40,650 bases of DNA from Bacteroidota bacterium (GTDB lineage Bacteria > Bacteroidota > Bacteroidia > Cytophagales > Cyclobacteriaceae): assembly GCA_023417955.1 (NCBI GenBank), contig JAEZDW010000111.1:1-40650 (forward strand), in the 5' to 3' direction. A program made the position numbers and the translations under genes. The notes beneath the pieces are model-generated. The model was not told the origin of the DNA and did not search any database. It was given only the letters and a program-made list of their open reading frames with translations. The stretch's first letter is position 1, and the number at the start of each line of letters is the position of its first letter. This document shows positions 38,381-40,650 of this stretch, piece by piece.

Positions 38381-39796
38381 TTAATTCACATCCCAGAAGA
38401 TTTTGGTGTCAAGGTCATCGCCGCCGATTCTCGCACCCGATGCACGTACGTTTTCTTCATTTAATGAGTACTCCGAAACCGGATAGGTATATCGTGCCGG
38501 TGTAGTTAGCCCTGATAACGCTGCAACCGCAAGCGGCGGATGGTCGTATAGCCGGTACGTTGACCATGCCTCAAATCCCTGATCATAGAGCGAAATCCAT
38601 TTTTGGAGTGCTATCTTTTCTTCAGGCGTGCCAGGCGCTGAGGCCCACGCTACGTCCGGATTGGATAAATAGCTGGTTACGTCTCCTTCCGAGCCGCCCC
38701 AATAAAGTATTGACTGACGAATTCCTTCATTGTAAAACTCCTCCGGTGTTCCTCCAACATTATACCCGAGCTGCGCCGCATCAGCCAGAAGGAATTGCAC
38801 TTCCCAGCTGCTCAACAATATGCCGGGCCACGCAGGCTGGAGTTGCTTTGTTCCCGGGTGAGAAAAAGCGTTGTATGCCTGCTGGTCACCATATACGCCG
38901 CCGACAAAATTGCCGCCAATCGGATCTTTATAATAATACGGCAGACGCGGATCATCCAATGCATTCATTTGATCAATGAGCGTGTTGGCTGCAATAAAAT
39001 CCGACCGGCCACTTTGTACAAGATCAATCCAGAGCGGATTCGTGTTTGGTGGCGAATCGAGGTAGTCGAGCTGGAAGTTGTCTTCGGTATCCATTATAAG
39101 TGCAACCGATGCCTCTTCTGCCAATGTGCGCGAAAGGTTCGGATCGTAATCACGCAAACGCATGGCGAGACGAAGCTTCAGCGAATTGGCAAACAGGACC
39201 CACTTGTCGCTGTCACCACCATACACAAGGTCGGACTCTCCCAACCCGTTGTCACCAACCAGATTTGGAATGGCATTGTTCAACCTTTCGATCAAATCCA
39301 TATAAATGACAGCAGCTTCATCGTATTCGGGCGTCGGATCATCAGTCAGCGCCGCCGAATACGGGATGTCACCGAACAAATCCACGAGAACATGATAGGT
39401 AAACACAGACAACACTTCGGTGATCGCAACCTGGTTTGTCTTAAACGATTCCACCAGGTTTGGGTCTTCCTCGGCAGCCATTTTTGCCTCAGCAAGGTCA
39501 CGAAGTACGTTCGCATACAACGTATTCCACGCTGCACCATTGACGTTCCGCTCGACGAGTTCGTAGTTTGATTCATCCGCATATGTGGTCTGCGCCCATT
39601 GTTGCGCCCACAAACGGAAGTTGTTAACGTTAACGTTAGTCGACGTCATAAAATCAAAAAGATCTTTCTGTGCGTTTGCCAACAAAGGTGGCGCAGGAAC
39701 AGCTTCCGGATTCTTGACATCGCGGTTGAGATCTGTCAGGTCATCACACGCGACTATTGTCGTGAGGATGACTCCAATTAATAATATCTTTTTCAT
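38381..39796 (-). CDS. susD: SusD/RagB family lipoprotein (SusD-like_2 type)
   Basis: MKKILLIGVILTTIVA-CDD; FGDIPYSAAL, WVLFANSLKLRLAMR, IALQKWISLY; C-terminal KIFWDVN. Confidence 0.95.
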   Translation of the reverse strand: MKKILLIGVILTTIVACDDLTDLNRDVKNPEAVPAPPLLANAQKDLFDFMTSTNVNVNNFRLWAQQWAQTTYADESNYELVERNVNGAAWNTLYANVLRDLAEAKMAAEEDPNLVESFKTNQVAITEVLSVFTYHVLVDLFGDIPYSAALTDDPTPEYDEAAVIYMDLIERLNNAIPNLVGDNGLGESDLVYGGDSDKWVLFANSLKLRLAMRLRDYDPNLSRTLAEEASVALIMDTEDNFQLDYLDSPPNTNPLWIDLVQSGRSDFIAANTLIDQMNALDDPRLPYYYKDPIGGNFVGGVYGDQQAYNAFSHPGTKQLQPAWPGILLSSWEVQFLLADAAQLGYNVGGTPEEFYNEGIRQSILYWGGSEGDVTSYLSNPDVAWASAPGTPEEKIALQKWISLYDQGFEAWSTYRLYDHPPLAVAALSGLTTPARYTYPVSEYSLNEENVRASGARIGGDDLDTKIFWDVN

Positions 39797-39824
39797 CACT
39801 GTTGAATTTTACGTTGAACAGGTA

Positions 39825-40650
39825 TCAGAGTCTTACGTTGATATTGAATCCATACTCTTTAACAGCAGGATATGCGCCGGACTGATTGCCCAGTGCATTA
39901 CCGGCGCTAAGGCCCTCTTCCGGATCTGAGTACGGCGAGTTCTTATGGATGATCCATAGGTTCCTTCCAATCAACGAAATATCAATTCCGGTGAATGGCG
40001 TGCGCGACACGATTGAACTCGGAAGAGAATAACCAAGTGACACCTCGCGAAGTTTGACAAACGACGCATCATAGATGTGTTGTGCATTCGGCGCGACGGC
40101 GTATCCAATCGCGTTTGCGTAATCTCCCGCCCAGAAAGCAGTCGTGTTCGGTGTTCCGTCGGAAATCGGTACGCCGTTTTCATCCGTACCTGCCTGGATT
40201 ACTCCCATCATTTTGCCTTCGGGATAGTAGCCACCTCCGTCATCCGGGTGAGCGCGAACAGAAACGCCGTTCTTGTTTGTACCTGCGGTAATATCATAAA
40301 GACCGGTAGCGAAACCATACCAGGTGTCGAGTGAGAAGAAGTCACCACCGCGTTGCATATCAATGAGGAAGCTTAAGTTGACACCTTTGTAAGAGAATAC
40401 GTTCTGAATTCCACCAAGCCAGTCGGGATTGATGTTACCGATTACTTCCGGTGTTCCGCTCGTCACATATTGCATACCCGCCCGCGCGGCGAATGGCCTC
40501 ACGATAGGACTGCCATCGGTGTGATAGACGAAGTTTGTACCGCGGATTGAACCATAAGGCTCTCCTACCGTCGCGGTCACTGTTTTACCGCCCTGGGGAT
40601 TTAAGATTTGGAAGTTTGTGATGTCATCAAGCAATTACAGGACGTTGTTT
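39825..40650 (-). CDS. susC: C-terminal part of a SusC/RagA transporter (5' end outside the window); in-frame TAA at 40635-40637, so a possible pseudogene or sequence error
   Basis: GEPYGSIRG, IGNINPDWLGG, YDASFVKLREVSLGYSLP, GRNLWIIHKN, YPAVKEYGFN. Confidence 0.9.

Noticed and set aside
38795..39571. 258-aa plus-strand ORF and the many other antisense or nested ORFs in the track
   Set aside because: They are shadows of well-supported genes and have no motifs of their own.

Overview
Bacteroidota DNA, probably Cytophagales-like (inferred from SusC/SusD content, TAnnTTTG promoters and A-rich SD-less starts). There are five blocks. (1) 1-12569 (-): the core xylan-utilisation PUL, susC-susD-susC-susD-DUF1735/DUF5627 lipoprotein-GH10 xylanase with inserted tandem CBM4-like repeats; the xylanase runs off the left edge and is missing from the ORF track. 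(2) 12570-13784: a 1.2 kb divergent control region with a TATATTTG promoter, a 21-bp-period direct repeat (HTCS-type site), a LacI-like operator, a structured leader and an 8-codon uORF. (3) 13785-26174 (+): a nine-gene operon, tldD-tldD-tldE-DUF4159-moxR-DUF58(vWA)-BatA-domain protein-His/acid-rich membrane protein-GATase-like membrane protein. Both TldDs carry Tat signals and have Asp where the C-terminal metal-ligand Cys normally sits. This is the best candidate for an uncharacterised system. (4) 26176-33221 (-): lpxB, a PTPS/QueD-family gene, and a triad of TonB-dependent receptor, DUF4249 lipoprotein and macroglobulin-like/plug protein. (5) 33344-40650 (-): two CAZyme-free SusC/SusD pairs; the last SusC is cut by the window edge and has an in-frame TAA. 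No CRISPR array, tRNA, rRNA or mobile element was seen. All family calls come from motifs recognised by eye, not from database searches.
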